Part shown: positions 19,067 to 31,676 of the stretch, piece after piece
Layout of the letters: each line of letters opens with the position of its first letter
Position numbering within the stretch: position 1 is the first letter of the stretch
NCBI RefSeq assembly: GCF_025021925.1
Contig: NZ_CP092368.1
Location: 30,001 to 62,000, forward strand
Reading direction: 5' to 3'
From: Candidatus Saccharimonadota bacterium
GTDB taxonomy: Bacteria > Pseudomonadota > Alphaproteobacteria > Rickettsiales > Anaplasmataceae
Length of the DNA stretch: 32,000 bases
Notes under the pieces: model-generated
Database searches by the model: none
What the model was told of the DNA's origin: nothing
The model's input: only the letters and a program-made list of their open reading frames with translations
Made by a program: the position numbers and the translations under genes

Positions 19067-20068
19067 ATGATAATATCAAAAATTATTAAAGAGAACATAC
19101 CTAGTCGCAAGATCCCTATTTGGTTGATGCGTCAAGCTGGTAGATCTCTACCTGAATATCGTCATTCAGTACGACATGTACATGATTTCTTAGAAATGTG
19201 TTATAATACAGATTTAATAGTAGAATTAACGCTACAGCCAATCTCAAGATTTAATATGGATGCAGCAATTATCTTCTCAGATATTTTAGTACTCGCTGAT
19301 GTCTTAGGTTGTGATGTAAATTTTATCAGAGGTATAGGCCCAAAGATAAAACCTATCAATAGTCCTGAAGACTTACATATAATAGATCAAATTGAAAAGA
19401 AAACTTTACCAATTCTACAGGCAATATATAAAGTTAGAACTGCATTGCCAAAAGAAAAATCTCTTATAGGATTTGTTGGAGGTCCTTGGACAGTTGCATC
19501 ATATATAATAGAAGGATGCAGTAGCACTTCTTATCCGAAAACACTCAATTTTAATCCATTATATTTAGAACAAATAATTGATATTATTACAGATATAACG
19601 ATCAGTTATTTAATTAAGCAAATAGAATTTGGAGTAGATGTTATACAGATATTTGAAAGTAATGCTGGAATATTATCAGGAGATTTATTTACAAAGTATA
19701 TTATTAATCCTACAAAAAAAATTACTTCTGTAATAAAAGAGAAATTTCAAGACTTTCCAATCATAGGTTTTCCAAGATCTGCGGGTATTTTGTATAAAGA
19801 TTACTGTGCATTTACAGGTATATCAGCAGTCAGTTTAGACTATAATATCTCATTAGATTGGGCAATACAAAATATTAAAATTCCTCTGCAGGGTAATTTG
19901 CATCCTAGTATTCTCGCTAGTAATAAAGAGTTAGCGCTAGAAGAAGCAAAGCGTATCATGATATCCTTAAGAGATAGGCCTTTTATTTTTAATCTTGGAC
20001 ATGGAGTCCTACCTGACACTCCAGTAGAAAATATAGAAGCATTAGTAAAGTTAGTACAGGGATACTAG
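19067..20068 (+). CDS. hemE: Uroporphyrinogen decarboxylase
   Basis: 333 aa with the [10 protein letters not shown] signature, FSDIL, GGPWT and FNLGHG. Confidence 0.92.
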   Translation: MIISKIIKENIPSRKIPIWLMRQAGRSLPEYRHSVRHVHDFLEMCYNTDLIVELTLQPISRFNMDAAIIFSDILVLADVLGCDVNFIRGIGPKIKPINSPEDLHIIDQIEKKTLPILQAIYKVRTALPKEKSLIGFVGGPWTVASYIIEGCSSTSYPKTLNFNPLYLEQIIDIITDITISYLIKQIEFGVDVIQIFESNAGILSGDLFTKYIINPTKKITSVIKEKFQDFPIIGFPRSAGILYKDYCAFTGISAVSLDYNISLDWAIQNIKIPLQGNLHPSILASNKELALEEAKRIMISLRDRPFIFNLGHGVLPDTPVENIEALVKLVQGY

Positions 20069-20145
20069 TGTGTTAACAACCTCTTTTTTTACTTCTTAGT
20101 GGTAAGAATTTTTATATGCATTGTTAAGTTGAGTGTTATATACAT

Positions 20146-21348
20146 ATGTTAAAGTTAGCAAATAGAATCTCTGATATTAATCCTTCGTCTACACTCTCTA
20201 TTGTCAAAAAAATCAATGCATTAAAAAGTTCAGGAGAGAAGATTTGTCTTCTAGCATCAGGAGAGCCAGATTTTGATACTCCTGATCATATCAAACAAGC
20301 TGCTATTTATGCAATAAATACTGGTAAAACTAAATATACAGCTGTGGATGGTACGAGCGAATTAAAAAGTGCAATAATTAATAAATTTGCAAGAGATAAC
20401 AATCTAAAATATACATCAAATCAGATTTGTGTTGGTAATGGAGCTAAGCAAGTTTTATTTAATTTATTTATGGCTACTATTAATATAGGAGATGAAGTCA
20501 TCATTCCCGCTCCTTACTGGGTATCATATCCTGATATGATAAAACTTTTTGGTGGTTCGCCAGTTGTGATCAAATGCACTCATGATTTTAAGCTAAATCC
20601 TCAATTATTAAGAAATAAAATTACTAGGTATACTAAATGGTTAATATTGAATTCACCAAATAATCCATCAGGAGCTGTATATTCATATCAAGAATTAAAA
20701 GCATTATCACAGGTATTACTGGATTTTCCAGATATTAATATCGTTACAGATGATATTTATGAGCATATTATATATGATAACAATAGATTTTATACTATAG
20801 CGCAAGTGGAACCTAAGCTCTATAATAGAGTCTTTGTTGTTAATGGAGTCTCAAAAGCTTATGCAATGACAGGATGGAGAATAGGATATATTGCAGGTAG
20901 AAGTGATATAATACATGCTATCTCTATGCTACAATCTCACAGTACTTCTAATCCAAATTCAATAGCACAAGCTGCATCAGTTGAAGCATTAAATGGTAAT
21001 CATAGCTTTCTACAAGAGAAAATAGCAATTTTTAGTAATCGTAGAGATTGTATGATAGAGCAATTAAGCGCTGCTCCAGGATTATCAATATCAATTCCGC
21101 CACAAGGAACATTTTATTTATTTGTATCTTGTGTAGGAGTAATAGGAAAAAGTACTATAAGAGGTAAGCTATTAACTAATGATATAGAGTTTGCAGAATA
21201 TTTATTAGAAGATCATTTAGTCGCTGTAGTCCCAGGTATTTCGTTTGGCTTAAAAAATTTTATTAGAGTATCTTATGCAGCTGCTCAAGAGGAATTGATA
21301 TTAGGAGCAAAAAAGATTTTGAATGCATGTGAATCTCTAATATGTTGA
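20146..21348 (+). CDS. Aspartate aminotransferase (class I PLP-dependent aminotransferase)
   Basis: 400 aa with GEPDFDTP, NSPNNPSG, the PLP-lysine motif SKAYAMTGWRIGY, and R.SYA near the C-terminus. Confidence 0.85.
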   Translation: MLKLANRISDINPSSTLSIVKKINALKSSGEKICLLASGEPDFDTPDHIKQAAIYAINTGKTKYTAVDGTSELKSAIINKFARDNNLKYTSNQICVGNGAKQVLFNLFMATINIGDEVIIPAPYWVSYPDMIKLFGGSPVVIKCTHDFKLNPQLLRNKITRYTKWLILNSPNNPSGAVYSYQELKALSQVLLDFPDINIVTDDIYEHIIYDNNRFYTIAQVEPKLYNRVFVVNGVSKAYAMTGWRIGYIAGRSDIIHAISMLQSHSTSNPNSIAQAASVEALNGNHSFLQEKIAIFSNRRDCMIEQLSAAPGLSISIPPQGTFYLFVSCVGVIGKSTIRGKLLTNDIEFAEYLLEDHLVAVVPGISFGLKNFIRVSYAAAQEELILGAKKILNACESLIC

Positions 21349-21412
21349 GTGACTTTAATATCTTTTTTTTTGATTGTTATATTGATTAACTGTTATACAC
21401 GAGAGCGCAATC

Positions 21413-22624
21413 TTGTACAAAAATATTTTAATATGGTTATTAATTTCTTTGTTTTATGCATATCAGTATGTATTACGAGTATTACCTAATATCATATCTC
21501 CTAAATTGATTACAAAATTTAATATTGGCGTCACTGATATTGGACAATTTGCAGGTATATATTATATAGGATATACGTTAGCTCATATTCCTGTTGGTCT
21601 TGCTATTGATAGATTTGGAATAAAATTTGTTTTACCTATTTGCATGATCTTAACATGCACTGGTTCTTTACCACTGATATTATCTGATACATGGTATTAT
21701 GCAATTTTCGGTAGAATAGTTGTTGGTATAGGATCTTCTGCTGCAGCAATTGGAATATTTAAAGTAGCAAATCTATATTTCCCTCAAGAGAAATCTCCAC
21801 GTATGACAAGTATATCAATGATTATAGGAATGTTAGGTGCCATATATGGAGGATTATCATGTCATTTTTTATTTAATACGTTTGGTTGGAATAATGTATT
21901 ATATATTTTTTCAGTATTAGGTAGTATACTTGCTATATCGATCTTTATACTGACACCTGTACATAACATACAGAATAGTATAGTCAATATTCAAGATTTA
22001 AAAACAATTATTCTCAATAAGCGTATTATTCTCATAAGTTTATGCAGTGGTCTAATGATAGGCCCGATACAAGGATTTTCTGATGGTTGGGCACAAGCAT
22101 TTTTTCTTGAAATATATAAAATTGATATAGAAATGGCTAATTTTATGTCTTCATTAATATTAATAGGAATGTTAATAGGATCGCTTGCATTATCATATTT
22201 ACTAGAAATATATAAAAATAAACATTATGAAATCACTATTGCATGTGCTTTAACCATGATACTAAGTTTTATATTGCTCTTTACTCAGATGCGAAGTTTT
22301 TATATTGTATTACCTATACTGTTTATTATTGGTTTTTCATCTGGTTATCAAGTAATTACTATTTATAAAGCTCTTAGCTATGTTACACATCGTCTATTAG
22401 GTATTACAACAGCTATCTCAAATATGATAATTATGTGTTTTGGATTTTTATTTCATACTGGAATTGCTCATATCATAAATCATTCTTGGAATAGAACAAT
22501 AATACAAGGGATGCCAGTGTATAGTCCTGAATTACTAATTAAGGCAATCTCTATCATTCCTATCTGCTTATTAGTAGCATTCTTTATCCTTTTATGGTTA
22601 TATAGTCAAGAGCATAAACCTTAA
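21413..22624 (+). CDS. MFS transporter, substrate unknown
   Basis: 403 aa with about 12 predicted TM segments. It has an MFS loop-like GLAIDRFGIK and a TTG start at 21413. There is no upstream in-frame ATG that would give the same N-terminus. Confidence 0.65.
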   Translation: MYKNILIWLLISLFYAYQYVLRVLPNIISPKLITKFNIGVTDIGQFAGIYYIGYTLAHIPVGLAIDRFGIKFVLPICMILTCTGSLPLILSDTWYYAIFGRIVVGIGSSAAAIGIFKVANLYFPQEKSPRMTSISMIIGMLGAIYGGLSCHFLFNTFGWNNVLYIFSVLGSILAISIFILTPVHNIQNSIVNIQDLKTIILNKRIILISLCSGLMIGPIQGFSDGWAQAFFLEIYKIDIEMANFMSSLILIGMLIGSLALSYLLEIYKNKHYEITIACALTMILSFILLFTQMRSFYIVLPILFIIGFSSGYQVITIYKALSYVTHRLLGITTAISNMIIMCFGFLFHTGIAHIINHSWNRTIIQGMPVYSPELLIKAISIIPICLLVAFFILLWLYSQEHKP

Positions 22625-22671
22625 ATAAGGAATTTTTATAGTTATATATTACATTTTAGGCTTGTTAATTT

Positions 22672-23946
22672 ATGATAAATTTTTTAAAATATGATTCTAA
22701 TAAAAATTCTTTACAGTCGTCTGATAACGAAATATATCAAATAGTTATCAGAGAATCACGACGACAAAATACGCAATTACAACTCATTGCATCGGAAAAC
22801 TTTGCAAGTCAAGCAGTCATAGATGCACAAGGGTCTATTCTCACTAATAAATATGCAGAAGGATATCCAGGTAAGAGATATTACTCAGGTTGTCAATATA
22901 TAGATGAAATTGAAATGCTTGCTATAAAAAGATTATGTAAGTTATTCGATGTAAAATTTGCAAATGTTCAACCTCATTCTGGTTCTCAAGCTAATCAAGC
23001 AGTATTTGCATCATTGCTTGTACCAGGTGATAAAATACTTGGTTTATCACTAAATTGCGGAGGACATCTCACTCACGGTGCTGCACCAAATCTATCTGGT
23101 CAATGGTTCAGATCAATTCAATATCATGTTAATCAAAAGACATATTTATTAGATATGGATTCAATAGAAGAAATTGCATTGCAATATAAACCAAAATTAA
23201 TAATCGCAGGCGCTTCTGCATACCCAAGAATAATAGATTTTAAGCGTTTTAGAGAGATTGCAGATAAAATCAATGCTTATTTACTCGCAGATATTGCACA
23301 TTATGCTGGATTAATTGTTGCAGGTGTATATCCGTCTCCTATTGGATTTGCTCATATTATCACTTCTACTACGCATAAAACTTTAAGAGGACCGCGTGGT
23401 GGTATCATCATGACTAATGACTCATTATTACATAATAAAATACAAGCTGCACTTTTTCCTGGATTACAAGGAGGTCCCCTAATGCATGTTATAGCGGCAA
23501 AAGCTGTTGCATTTCAAGAGGCATCATTACCAGAATTTAAAATATATGGTAAGATGATAATAAAAAATGCACAGATATTAGCACAATCTTTACAAAATCA
23601 TGGATTAAATATTATCACTGGAGGTACCGACTCGCATATTATATTAGTTGATTTAAGAGAATATCAATTAACTGGTAAAGTCGTTGTAGATAGCCTTGAA
23701 AGGGCTGGTATTATATGTAATAAAAATGCGATCCCATTTGATACGGAAAAACCTACTACTTCTTCTGGATTACGTCTTGGTACTGCAGCTGAAACAACAA
23801 GAGGCTTAAAAGAAGAAAATTTTATAGAAATAGCATTATTCATTCATCAAATCATAGTAGGATTAAAAAATGGTAATAATTCAGATGTTGAAAAAAGAGT
23901 AAAAATTCAAGTTGAGAGAATATGTAAAAATTATTCTCTTGATTGA
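22672..23946 (+). CDS. glyA: Serine hydroxymethyltransferase
   Basis: 424 aa with [18 protein letters not shown] and the PLP site [14 protein letters not shown]. Confidence 0.95.
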   Translation: MINFLKYDSNKNSLQSSDNEIYQIVIRESRRQNTQLQLIASENFASQAVIDAQGSILTNKYAEGYPGKRYYSGCQYIDEIEMLAIKRLCKLFDVKFANVQPHSGSQANQAVFASLLVPGDKILGLSLNCGGHLTHGAAPNLSGQWFRSIQYHVNQKTYLLDMDSIEEIALQYKPKLIIAGASAYPRIIDFKRFREIADKINAYLLADIAHYAGLIVAGVYPSPIGFAHIITSTTHKTLRGPRGGIIMTNDSLLHNKIQAALFPGLQGGPLMHVIAAKAVAFQEASLPEFKIYGKMIIKNAQILAQSLQNHGLNIITGGTDSHIILVDLREYQLTGKVVVDSLERAGIICNKNAIPFDTEKPTTSSGLRLGTAAETTRGLKEENFIEIALFIHQIIVGLKNGNNSDVEKRVKIQVERICKNYSLD

Positions 23947-24148
23947 TGGATATATACTATAGAAAGATTTAGATTGAGAATCTCACTTCAATATATCTCA
24001 AATAAATAAGGAAGTTTTTTTATTTATGAAGCATTTATAGCTTACTTTGATATCTCAAGATTGAAAATTTCAATATACAGTAGAATGACAGTGTTGTCAT
24101 ATAATATGATTAATGTTAAAATAAAATTTTTATATTATTCATGTACAT

Positions 24149-25036
24149 GTGAAAGAAAAAAAATGCTTACTTGCAACTATAGCTGGTGCACCAAATTCTG
24201 GGAAATCTACCCTTACTAATAGTATTATAGGTAAGAATATTACTATTGTAACGCATAAGGCACAAACAACGAGAACACAAATCAGAGGTATTATAGTACG
24301 CGAGAATACTCAAATTATTTTAACTGATTGTCCTGGTCTAATTTCAGCTAAAACTCCTATTGAGAAATATATGAGTAGATCTTCTTGGTCCGCAATTAAA
24401 AGAAGTGATCTGACAATTATCTTAATTGATGCTATTCATTATAGAATGCATATTGAACATATAAATAATATTTTTATATGTATGAATAAGACACATAGAC
24501 GATATATTTTAGTGATTAACAAAATTGATTTATTACATAAACATAAGTTATATAAAATATATGATACTCTCACTCTTCTGTATAAGAGTGAAAGAATTTT
24601 TCTAATATCAGCATTAACTTGTGATGGAGTAGCGGATTTAGTAAATTACCTATATGAAATTGCCCCTTTAAGTCCTTGGTTATATAATAAAAATATTGTC
24701 ACTAATGTATCAACAAACTTTTTATCAGCAGAAATTACAAGAGAAAAATTATTCTTAAATCTTTATGAAGAATTACCGTATTCTACTGCTGTCATGACTG
24801 AGCAATGTCATATAAAACAAGATAAGAGTATGGTGATTAAACAAGTAATATTTGTTTTAAAAGAAAGTCATAAAAAAATAATTTTAGGCACAGATGGTAA
24901 TAACATTAAAAAGATTAATATAGCAGCACGTTATGCACTAGAAAAGTTTTTTGAGTGCAAAATACATCTTTTTCTATTTATTAAGGTACGTCCTTGGATT
25001 CAATTTCCTGAAGAATATATATGCAATAATATATAA
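24149..25036 (+). CDS. era: GTPase Era
   Basis: 295 aa with G1 GAPNSGKST, G3 DCPG, G4 NKID, and a C-terminal KH-domain region. It starts at GTG 24149, and no in-frame ATG is nearby. Confidence 0.85.
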   Translation: MKEKKCLLATIAGAPNSGKSTLTNSIIGKNITIVTHKAQTTRTQIRGIIVRENTQIILTDCPGLISAKTPIEKYMSRSSWSAIKRSDLTIILIDAIHYRMHIEHINNIFICMNKTHRRYILVINKIDLLHKHKLYKIYDTLTLLYKSERIFLISALTCDGVADLVNYLYEIAPLSPWLYNKNIVTNVSTNFLSAEITREKLFLNLYEELPYSTAVMTEQCHIKQDKSMVIKQVIFVLKESHKKIILGTDGNNIKKINIAARYALEKFFECKIHLFLFIKVRPWIQFPEEYICNNI

Positions 25037-25549
25037 GCTATATATCCTAATATCTTATTATTTGATAATATACGATCATACCTTTCTTGTAGTAAGATGG
25101 TATTTGCATTAAAAATATATATACTCATCAAATGAATATACTAGTAATCACTCTTTCAAGCTTAGAAGATATATATGAGATTTTTATGAGCATAGATCAT
25201 ATATATCTGAATGAACATGTATTTCTTTTCTTCATATTTATCTATATTGGAATTATCATTGAATCATAATATACTTAATAAAGATCATTTTATTAGTATT
25301 GTGTAATAAAATTACTTTAATTTTTACTATATGTACAATATTTTATATTTTTAATATTTAATAGAGTACAAAATTTTTTAGTAATTCATACGCAATTTTG
25401 TTTATTATTATTTCTCATTTGCTTGCTTTTTTTTAATTGTATATTCTTTTTTGCATGTATTATAAGATCATGTCGCATATAATTAAGAATTAAAAAAATT
25501 AAAATAGTAAAGAGAAGTACCATAAATATGGTGAAGGATCATTTATAAT

Positions 25550-27418
25550 ATGTCTACATATGATATAATAGTAATAGGTGGAGGACATGCAGGATGTGAG
25601 GCTGCCACTGCAGCCGCGAGACTTGGTGCCAACACTCTTATGATCACTCATAAAATTTCTACTATAGGTGAAATGTCTTGTAATCCCGCAATTGGCGGAA
25701 TTGCAAAAGGAGTGGTAGTAAGAGAAATAGATGCTCTAGATGGTATAATGGGAAGGGCAATTGATCAATCAAGTATACATTCAGTAATATTGAATAAAAG
25801 TCGCGGTGCGGCAGTATGGGGACCACGAGCACAAGCAGATCGAAAATTATATAAAAACGCAATACAAAATATAATATTCAATTATAATAATTTGACTGTA
25901 AAAGAAGGAACAGTAGATGATATAATCATCAAGCAAAATAGTAATAGTATGCCTTATATCAACGCTATTATTACCCACTTAGGTGAGTATATTTCAGCAA
26001 GTAAAGTCATCTTAACAACAGGTACTTTTTTACAAGCTATCATGCATATAGGTAAACAAAAGATGTCTGCAGGTAGGATGGGAGATCAATCAGCATTAGA
26101 ACTTTCGCAAGCTCTCAAGAAATACAATTTTAAATTAGGAAGATTACGTACAGGTACTCCTCCAAGACTCGCTCATAATAGTATCAATTGGTCAATATTA
26201 CAAGAGCAGAAAGGTGACCATCCACCTATACCTTTCTCTTATTTAACAAATAATATTACACAAGCTCAAGTATCATGTTTCATGACTCATACCAATAATA
26301 CTACACACAATATTATACGAAAGCATCTTCATGAATCAGCTTCTTCATATTTGGATAATATCATATCACCAAGATACTGTCCTTCTATTGAAATGAAAAT
26401 TAATAAGTTTGCAGATAAAAATAGTCATCAAGTATTCCTAGAACCAGAAGGATTAAATTCCAATACTATATATCCAAATGGAATTTCAAATTCATTACCA
26501 ATACAAGTACAAGTTGCAATGATTCAAAGTATTAAAGGGCTTGAACGTGCTGAAATACTTGTTCCTGGCTATGCAGTTGAATACAATTATATTGATCCCA
26601 GAGAGCTATTACATACATTGGAAACTAAAAAAATTCATGGTCTATATTTTGCAGGACAAATTAACGGTACTACTGGATATGAAGAAGCTGCAGGTCAGGG
26701 TATTATTGCTGGAGTGAATGCTGCTCTCTCATTATATCACAAAAAAGAAAGCTTTATATTATATCGCATTGATTCATATATTGGAGTGATGATAGATGAT
26801 CTTGTCACAAAAGGTGTCCTAGAGCCTTATAGGCTATTTACTTCACGTGCAGAATACAGATTATCCATTAGATCAGATAATGCAGATCAACGATTAACAC
26901 AAAAGGGTTATGATATTTCACTTGTATCAAATACACGATACTCTGTATTTAAGAAAAAACTACAAGAAATTCAAGAATTTCAAGATCAATTAAAACGATT
27001 AACTATTTCTCCTACTCAACTTCAAGAACATGGTATTCTTCTCTCTCATGATGGAGTCAAAAAAACTGCATTAGATTTACTCAGTTATTCGAATATTAAC
27101 TGGAATATATTACAGACAATATGGCCAAAATTATCTTCCAAGTATCATAATATCCGTAATCTCATTGAGATTGAAGCAAAATATAAACCTTATCTCATAA
27201 GACAAGCAGCAGATATTAAATTTTTAAAACAAGAAATTAATACATGCATTCCAATACACTTAGACTATTCGAAGATAGTAGGTTTATCACGTGAAATAGT
27301 AGATAAATTACAAATACTCAAACCCTCTACAATTGGCATTGCACAGCAAGTAGAAGGAGTCACGCCAGCAGCAATAGTAAGTATATTAATATATCTCAAA
27401 AATCATATCATGCAGTGA
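25550..27418 (+). CDS. mnmG: tRNA uridine 5-carboxymethylaminomethyl modification enzyme MnmG (GidA)
   Basis: 622 aa with [38 protein letters not shown] and TSRAEYRL. Confidence 0.95.
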   Translation: MSTYDIIVIGGGHAGCEAATAAARLGANTLMITHKISTIGEMSCNPAIGGIAKGVVVREIDALDGIMGRAIDQSSIHSVILNKSRGAAVWGPRAQADRKLYKNAIQNIIFNYNNLTVKEGTVDDIIIKQNSNSMPYINAIITHLGEYISASKVILTTGTFLQAIMHIGKQKMSAGRMGDQSALELSQALKKYNFKLGRLRTGTPPRLAHNSINWSILQEQKGDHPPIPFSYLTNNITQAQVSCFMTHTNNTTHNIIRKHLHESASSYLDNIISPRYCPSIEMKINKFADKNSHQVFLEPEGLNSNTIYPNGISNSLPIQVQVAMIQSIKGLERAEILVPGYAVEYNYIDPRELLHTLETKKIHGLYFAGQINGTTGYEEAAGQGIIAGVNAALSLYHKKESFILYRIDSYIGVMIDDLVTKGVLEPYRLFTSRAEYRLSIRSDNADQRLTQKGYDISLVSNTRYSVFKKKLQEIQEFQDQLKRLTISPTQLQEHGILLSHDGVKKTALDLLSYSNINWNILQTIWPKLSSKYHNIRNLIEIEAKYKPYLIRQAADIKFLKQEINTCIPIHLDYSKIVGLSREIVDKLQILKPSTIGIAQQVEGVTPAAIVSILIYLKNHIMQ

Positions 27419-27444
27419 TAGATTAATTCTTTTTAAGCAACATA

Positions 27445-29112
27445 ATGTTACATCTCACAGAGTTTCGGACTTTTATAAAAAATATTAATATTGATTTATT
27501 TATGTTAAATGCTATAGATAAATATCTCAATGAATCTACAAAAACATTGACACAGATTTGTGGTTTTACAGGTACAAATGGCATATTGATCATTACAAAA
27601 AAGAGTAAATGCCCATTTTTTACAGATGGTAGATATATCACGCAAGCTAGCATGCAACTTGCTACACAATATTTTCATGTATATGACATACGAGAGCTAC
27701 ATCCAAAGGAATGGATAAAAAAGAATATCAAAAATTCTACTACCTTAGGATATTATTCTCATCATTTTACTTTACAAGACATTAGACAGTATTGTGGACT
27801 ATGTCAACTTATACCTTACTCAATTAACAGTTATAGTTATCAAAAACAAATGATTACTATACATCCTATGAAATATTCCGGTGAAAGTAGCAAAAGTAAA
27901 TGCATACGAGTATCTCAAAGTATAAAACACAAAGATACAACACTGCTTTTAACAGATTCAAATTCAATTTCCTGGTTATTAAATTTAAGAAATAATCATA
28001 ATCAATATTCTCCCTATATTAAGGGAATTGCTTTATTATATAAACAAGGTAATATTGACCTCTTTACTGTAAATCTTGAATATCAAACGATCACTTATAA
28101 TCTAGAAGATCATATCAGAATGAGAGATATTAGATTACTAGAGCAATCGATACAGAATTTATTATCAATAGCGATCATTCCAAGTTCAATTCCAATGAAT
28201 ATTATCTCAATGATAAAAAGCCATCAACATCTTATTGAGGTGCAGGATCCTTGCATGATTTATCAAGCAATAAAAAATCACACTGAAATTCTTGGTACCA
28301 TTAATGCTCATATTAAAGATGGTAGAGCGGTAACAAATTTTCTGTACTGGTGTCTCAATAATATTGATACAGAAATCCATGCTGAAGAACAGCTTTTTAA
28401 ATACCGTAAAAAGCAACCATTATTTCAACAATCTAGCTTTGCTACTATTTCTGCATTTCATACAAATGCAGCAATAATTCATTATCGAGCTAATCATAAA
28501 TCTAATACTCTTATCCAAAGTGATGGATTATATTTGATTGATTCTGGAGGTCAATATTTAGATGGTACAACTGATGTCACAAGAACTATAGCTATTGGTA
28601 ATCCTACTAACCAACAAATCATAGATTATACAATCGTATTAAAAGCTCATATTGCAATAGCAAATGCTTGTTTTCCTAAAGGAACTACTGGTGGAGAATT
28701 AGATATTTTAGCACGAATTCATCTTTGGAAATATGGTATGGATTATCCACATAGTACAGGTCATGGTGTAGGAAGTTATTTATCAGTACATGAAGGAACT
28801 TATGCAATATCAAAAGGTAATCAAGTCATTCTTATGCCAGGTATGATTTTGTCTAATGAGCCGGGTTATTATATTCCAGATAACTATGGTATAAGAATTG
28901 AAAATCTCATGTATGTTACACACCATCAAGGCATTTTTTTAAAATTTCAACAACTAACATGTGTACCGTATGATAGAAGATTAATAGATATCAAAATGCT
29001 CAATGCAGAAGAAGTGATATGGATTAATTTATATCATCAATTTGTTTATAAACATCTAGAGCGATATGTACAAGATAGAGCGTGGTTACAAACCATATGT
29101 AAAGCATTATAA
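27445..29112 (+). CDS. pepP: Xaa-Pro aminopeptidase (M24B, long multi-domain form)
   Basis: 555 aa. The pita-bread metal ligands appear in LIDSGGQY.DGTTD, HGVG, NEPG and IRIEN. Confidence 0.8.
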   Translation: MLHLTEFRTFIKNINIDLFMLNAIDKYLNESTKTLTQICGFTGTNGILIITKKSKCPFFTDGRYITQASMQLATQYFHVYDIRELHPKEWIKKNIKNSTTLGYYSHHFTLQDIRQYCGLCQLIPYSINSYSYQKQMITIHPMKYSGESSKSKCIRVSQSIKHKDTTLLLTDSNSISWLLNLRNNHNQYSPYIKGIALLYKQGNIDLFTVNLEYQTITYNLEDHIRMRDIRLLEQSIQNLLSIAIIPSSIPMNIISMIKSHQHLIEVQDPCMIYQAIKNHTEILGTINAHIKDGRAVTNFLYWCLNNIDTEIHAEEQLFKYRKKQPLFQQSSFATISAFHTNAAIIHYRANHKSNTLIQSDGLYLIDSGGQYLDGTTDVTRTIAIGNPTNQQIIDYTIVLKAHIAIANACFPKGTTGGELDILARIHLWKYGMDYPHSTGHGVGSYLSVHEGTYAISKGNQVILMPGMILSNEPGYYIPDNYGIRIENLMYVTHHQGIFLKFQQLTCVPYDRRLIDIKMLNAEEVIWINLYHQFVYKHLERYVQDRAWLQTICKAL

Positions 29113-29273
29113 TACACAGAACAATTACTATATATCATGATAATGATATACATGCATCAATAACATTAATCATTCATGGTGGTTTAAATAAAAAATTAAA
29201 TAACATATAAGAGAACCTCTAAAAGAGTCTAGGTGATGAGAATAACAAGTATAGTGTATATATATTCCTGTAT

Positions 29274-30254
29274 TTAGTAACGCAATAATACTGAGCCCCA
29301 ACTCAATCCTGCTCCTATTGCAATCAACAAGATTAGATCTCCCCGTTGAATTTTTGCTTCTTGTATTGCATGATCAAATGCAAGCGGAATAGATGCCGAT
29401 GAAGTATTAGCATGTTTTTCCACTGTTTGAATTACTTTTTCTCTCGGAAATTTTGCTTCTTTAACTATAGCATCGATAATGCGAGTATTTGCTTGATGTG
29501 GAATCAGCCATTTAATATCATGTACATTTAAGTTATTAAACTGTAAAGTATCATTTATTAATGATGTTAATTTATCTACTGCATATTGAAAGACTTTTCT
29601 ACCATTCATACAGATTTTGCCTGCTGTACCAGTGCTTGAAATCCCACCATTAGTATACAAAATATCTATTTCACCATCAGAGTATAAACTAGTTGAAATG
29701 ATACCTTGATAAGTCTTATTAGAGGCATGAGATTTCATAATAACTGCACCTGCCCCATCACCAAAAAGAATACAAGTAGCTCTATCTTGCCAATCAACAA
29801 TTCTAGACATAGTTTCTGCACCGATGACTAATGCGTATTTAATATTGTCATTATATCTCATATAGGAATCTGCAATTGTCATGGCATATATAAAACCAGA
29901 ACACGCTGCTTGAATATCAAAAGCACATGCGTTGTAACATTGTAACTTATTTTGTACAATTGATGCACAGCTAGGAAGAGTCTTATCAGGAGTTGTTGTT
30001 GCAATTATGATTAAATTAATATCACTAACTGTAATTTTCGCTTTATCAATAGCATTTCTTGCAGCATGTACTGCTAAATCTGAAGTATATTCTTCAGTAT
30101 TTGCAATATGTCTTTGAGTAATTCCTGTTCTCTGTCTTATCCATTGATCATTTGTATCTACTTGTAACGCAAGTGTATTATTCGAAAGTATCCTTTTTGG
30201 TAAATAAGAACCAGTACTGAAGATATAATTTTTAATCAATGTGACTGACCTCAT
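29274..30254 (-). CDS. fabH: 3-oxoacyl-ACP synthase III
   Basis: 326 aa with GSYLP, the catalytic Cys in AACSGF, HQAN and G.G.SWG. It overlaps the plsX 3' end by 23 nt. Confidence 0.92.
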   Translation of the reverse strand: MRSVTLIKNYIFSTGSYLPKRILSNNTLALQVDTNDQWIRQRTGITQRHIANTEEYTSDLAVHAARNAIDKAKITVSDINLIIIATTTPDKTLPSCASIVQNKLQCYNACAFDIQAACSGFIYAMTIADSYMRYNDNIKYALVIGAETMSRIVDWQDRATCILFGDGAGAVIMKSHASNKTYQGIISTSLYSDGEIDILYTNGGISSTGTAGKICMNGRKVFQYAVDKLTSLINDTLQFNNLNVHDIKWLIPHQANTRIIDAIVKEAKFPREKVIQTVEKHANTSSASIPLAFDHAIQEAKIQRGDLILLIAIGAGLSWGSVLLRY

Positions 30255-31263
30255 GGATGATTTTGTGATTTAATTTTTCGAGAATTGTTTGTACTGCAAA
30301 TTGTATGGCATGACCAAAAGAAATAGCATCAGCATTACCATGACTTTTTATTACAATACCATTCAATCCTAAAAACATAGCACCACCTCTTATTTTAGGG
30401 TCAAAAGTGATAAATGCTCTTTTTAGTTTCTTTTTTAGCAATGAACCTAAAATCCAAGAATTATATAATTCATATTTTATTACATCTAAAAAAGTATTAG
30501 CAGTAGCTTCAGCGGTTTTAAGCATGACATTACCGACAAATCCATCTGCTACTATTACATCAACATTGCCTTCTAAAAATTCACTTGCCTCTATATAACC
30601 TTTAAAATTAATTGTATGAGATGTATTTTTTAGTAAGCTAAAAGCTCTACGCACTGAATCATTTCCTTTTATTTCTTCTGTACCAATATTTAATAAGGCA
30701 ATCTCTGGATGAGAAATTTTTAGTGCAATTTTTGCGAGAATACTTCCCATTAATGCAAATTGAAATAATGTTTCGCCATTACAATCAACATTAGCACCTA
30801 GATCCAGTAAAATACAGTTTTTTGTTTTAGTAGGTAAGATTGAAGCAATGGCAGGACGATAGATATTAGGTAATGTACCTAAAATAATTCTAGAAATAGC
30901 CATTAATGCACCAGTATTACCTGAAGAGATTACTCCAGAAGCTTCACCTATTTTTACTGCTAAAATTGCGGATTTCATACTTGAATCTTTCCTATATCTT
31001 AAAGCAAAAGATGGTCTATCATTTGCAAGAATATTATCAGTACAATGAGTAAATTGAGAATTATTACTTACTTTTTTATACTTTATAATCAATGGATATA
31101 CTTGTTGATAATCTCCATAAATTTGAAAAAAGACTGTAGTATGTACATCATTCAGATGAGCTAAAAAAAAATTAATACCTTGAATGATAGAAAGAGGTGC
31201 ATAATCTCCTCCCATAGCATCAAGTGCAATTACTATATTATTTTTCATATTAGAATACATCAA
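30232..31263 (-). CDS. plsX: Phosphate acyltransferase PlsX
   Basis: 343 aa with ALDAMGGDYAP, SSGNTGA, DGF.GN and KSHG. The true start may be Met6 (31248). Confidence 0.9.
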   Translation of the reverse strand: MMYSNMKNNIVIALDAMGGDYAPLSIIQGINFFLAHLNDVHTTVFFQIYGDYQQVYPLIIKYKKVSNNSQFTHCTDNILANDRPSFALRYRKDSSMKSAILAVKIGEASGVISSGNTGALMAISRIILGTLPNIYRPAIASILPTKTKNCILLDLGANVDCNGETLFQFALMGSILAKIALKISHPEIALLNIGTEEIKGNDSVRRAFSLLKNTSHTINFKGYIEASEFLEGNVDVIVADGFVGNVMLKTAEATANTFLDVIKYELYNSWILGSLLKKKLKRAFITFDPKIRGGAMFLGLNGIVIKSHGNADAISFGHAIQFAVQTILEKLNHKIIHEVSHID

Positions 31264-31289
31264 ATGAGATAGTATAATATATCAGATAT

Positions 31290-31472
31290 TTATTCTGATT
31301 GATGTATTATAAAAATCTGTTTTCCCTTATAGCTACCATCACTTGCTATATTATGAGATAACATAAATTCTCCAGTTTTTGAGCATACTACAACATTTTG
31401 TGATTGAATTGCATTGTGAGAACGATGCATGTTACGTCTTGATTTTGATTTTTTTCTTTTTGGTACTGCCAT
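31290..31472 (-). CDS. rpmF: 50S ribosomal protein L32
   Basis: 60 aa starting MAVPKRKKSKSRRNMHRSH. It sits in the conserved rpmF-plsX-fabH order. Confidence 0.9.
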   Translation of the reverse strand: MAVPKRKKSKSRRNMHRSHNAIQSQNVVVCSKTGEFMLSHNIASDGSYKGKQIFIIHQSE

Positions 31473-31676
31473 AGTATACCTGATCTATCTATTAAATAAT
31501 ACTGATTATTAGTAACATGTTTTATATAGGAAGTAAATAATATAGATTATAGAGTGTTTACGAGATCTATCATTAATTCTTATATTTGTATATAGCACGC
31601 ATCCAGTACTATGCATTTTTGATTATTTTATAATTGATAATATTTAATATATAACAATATATTATTTCTTGATGTA

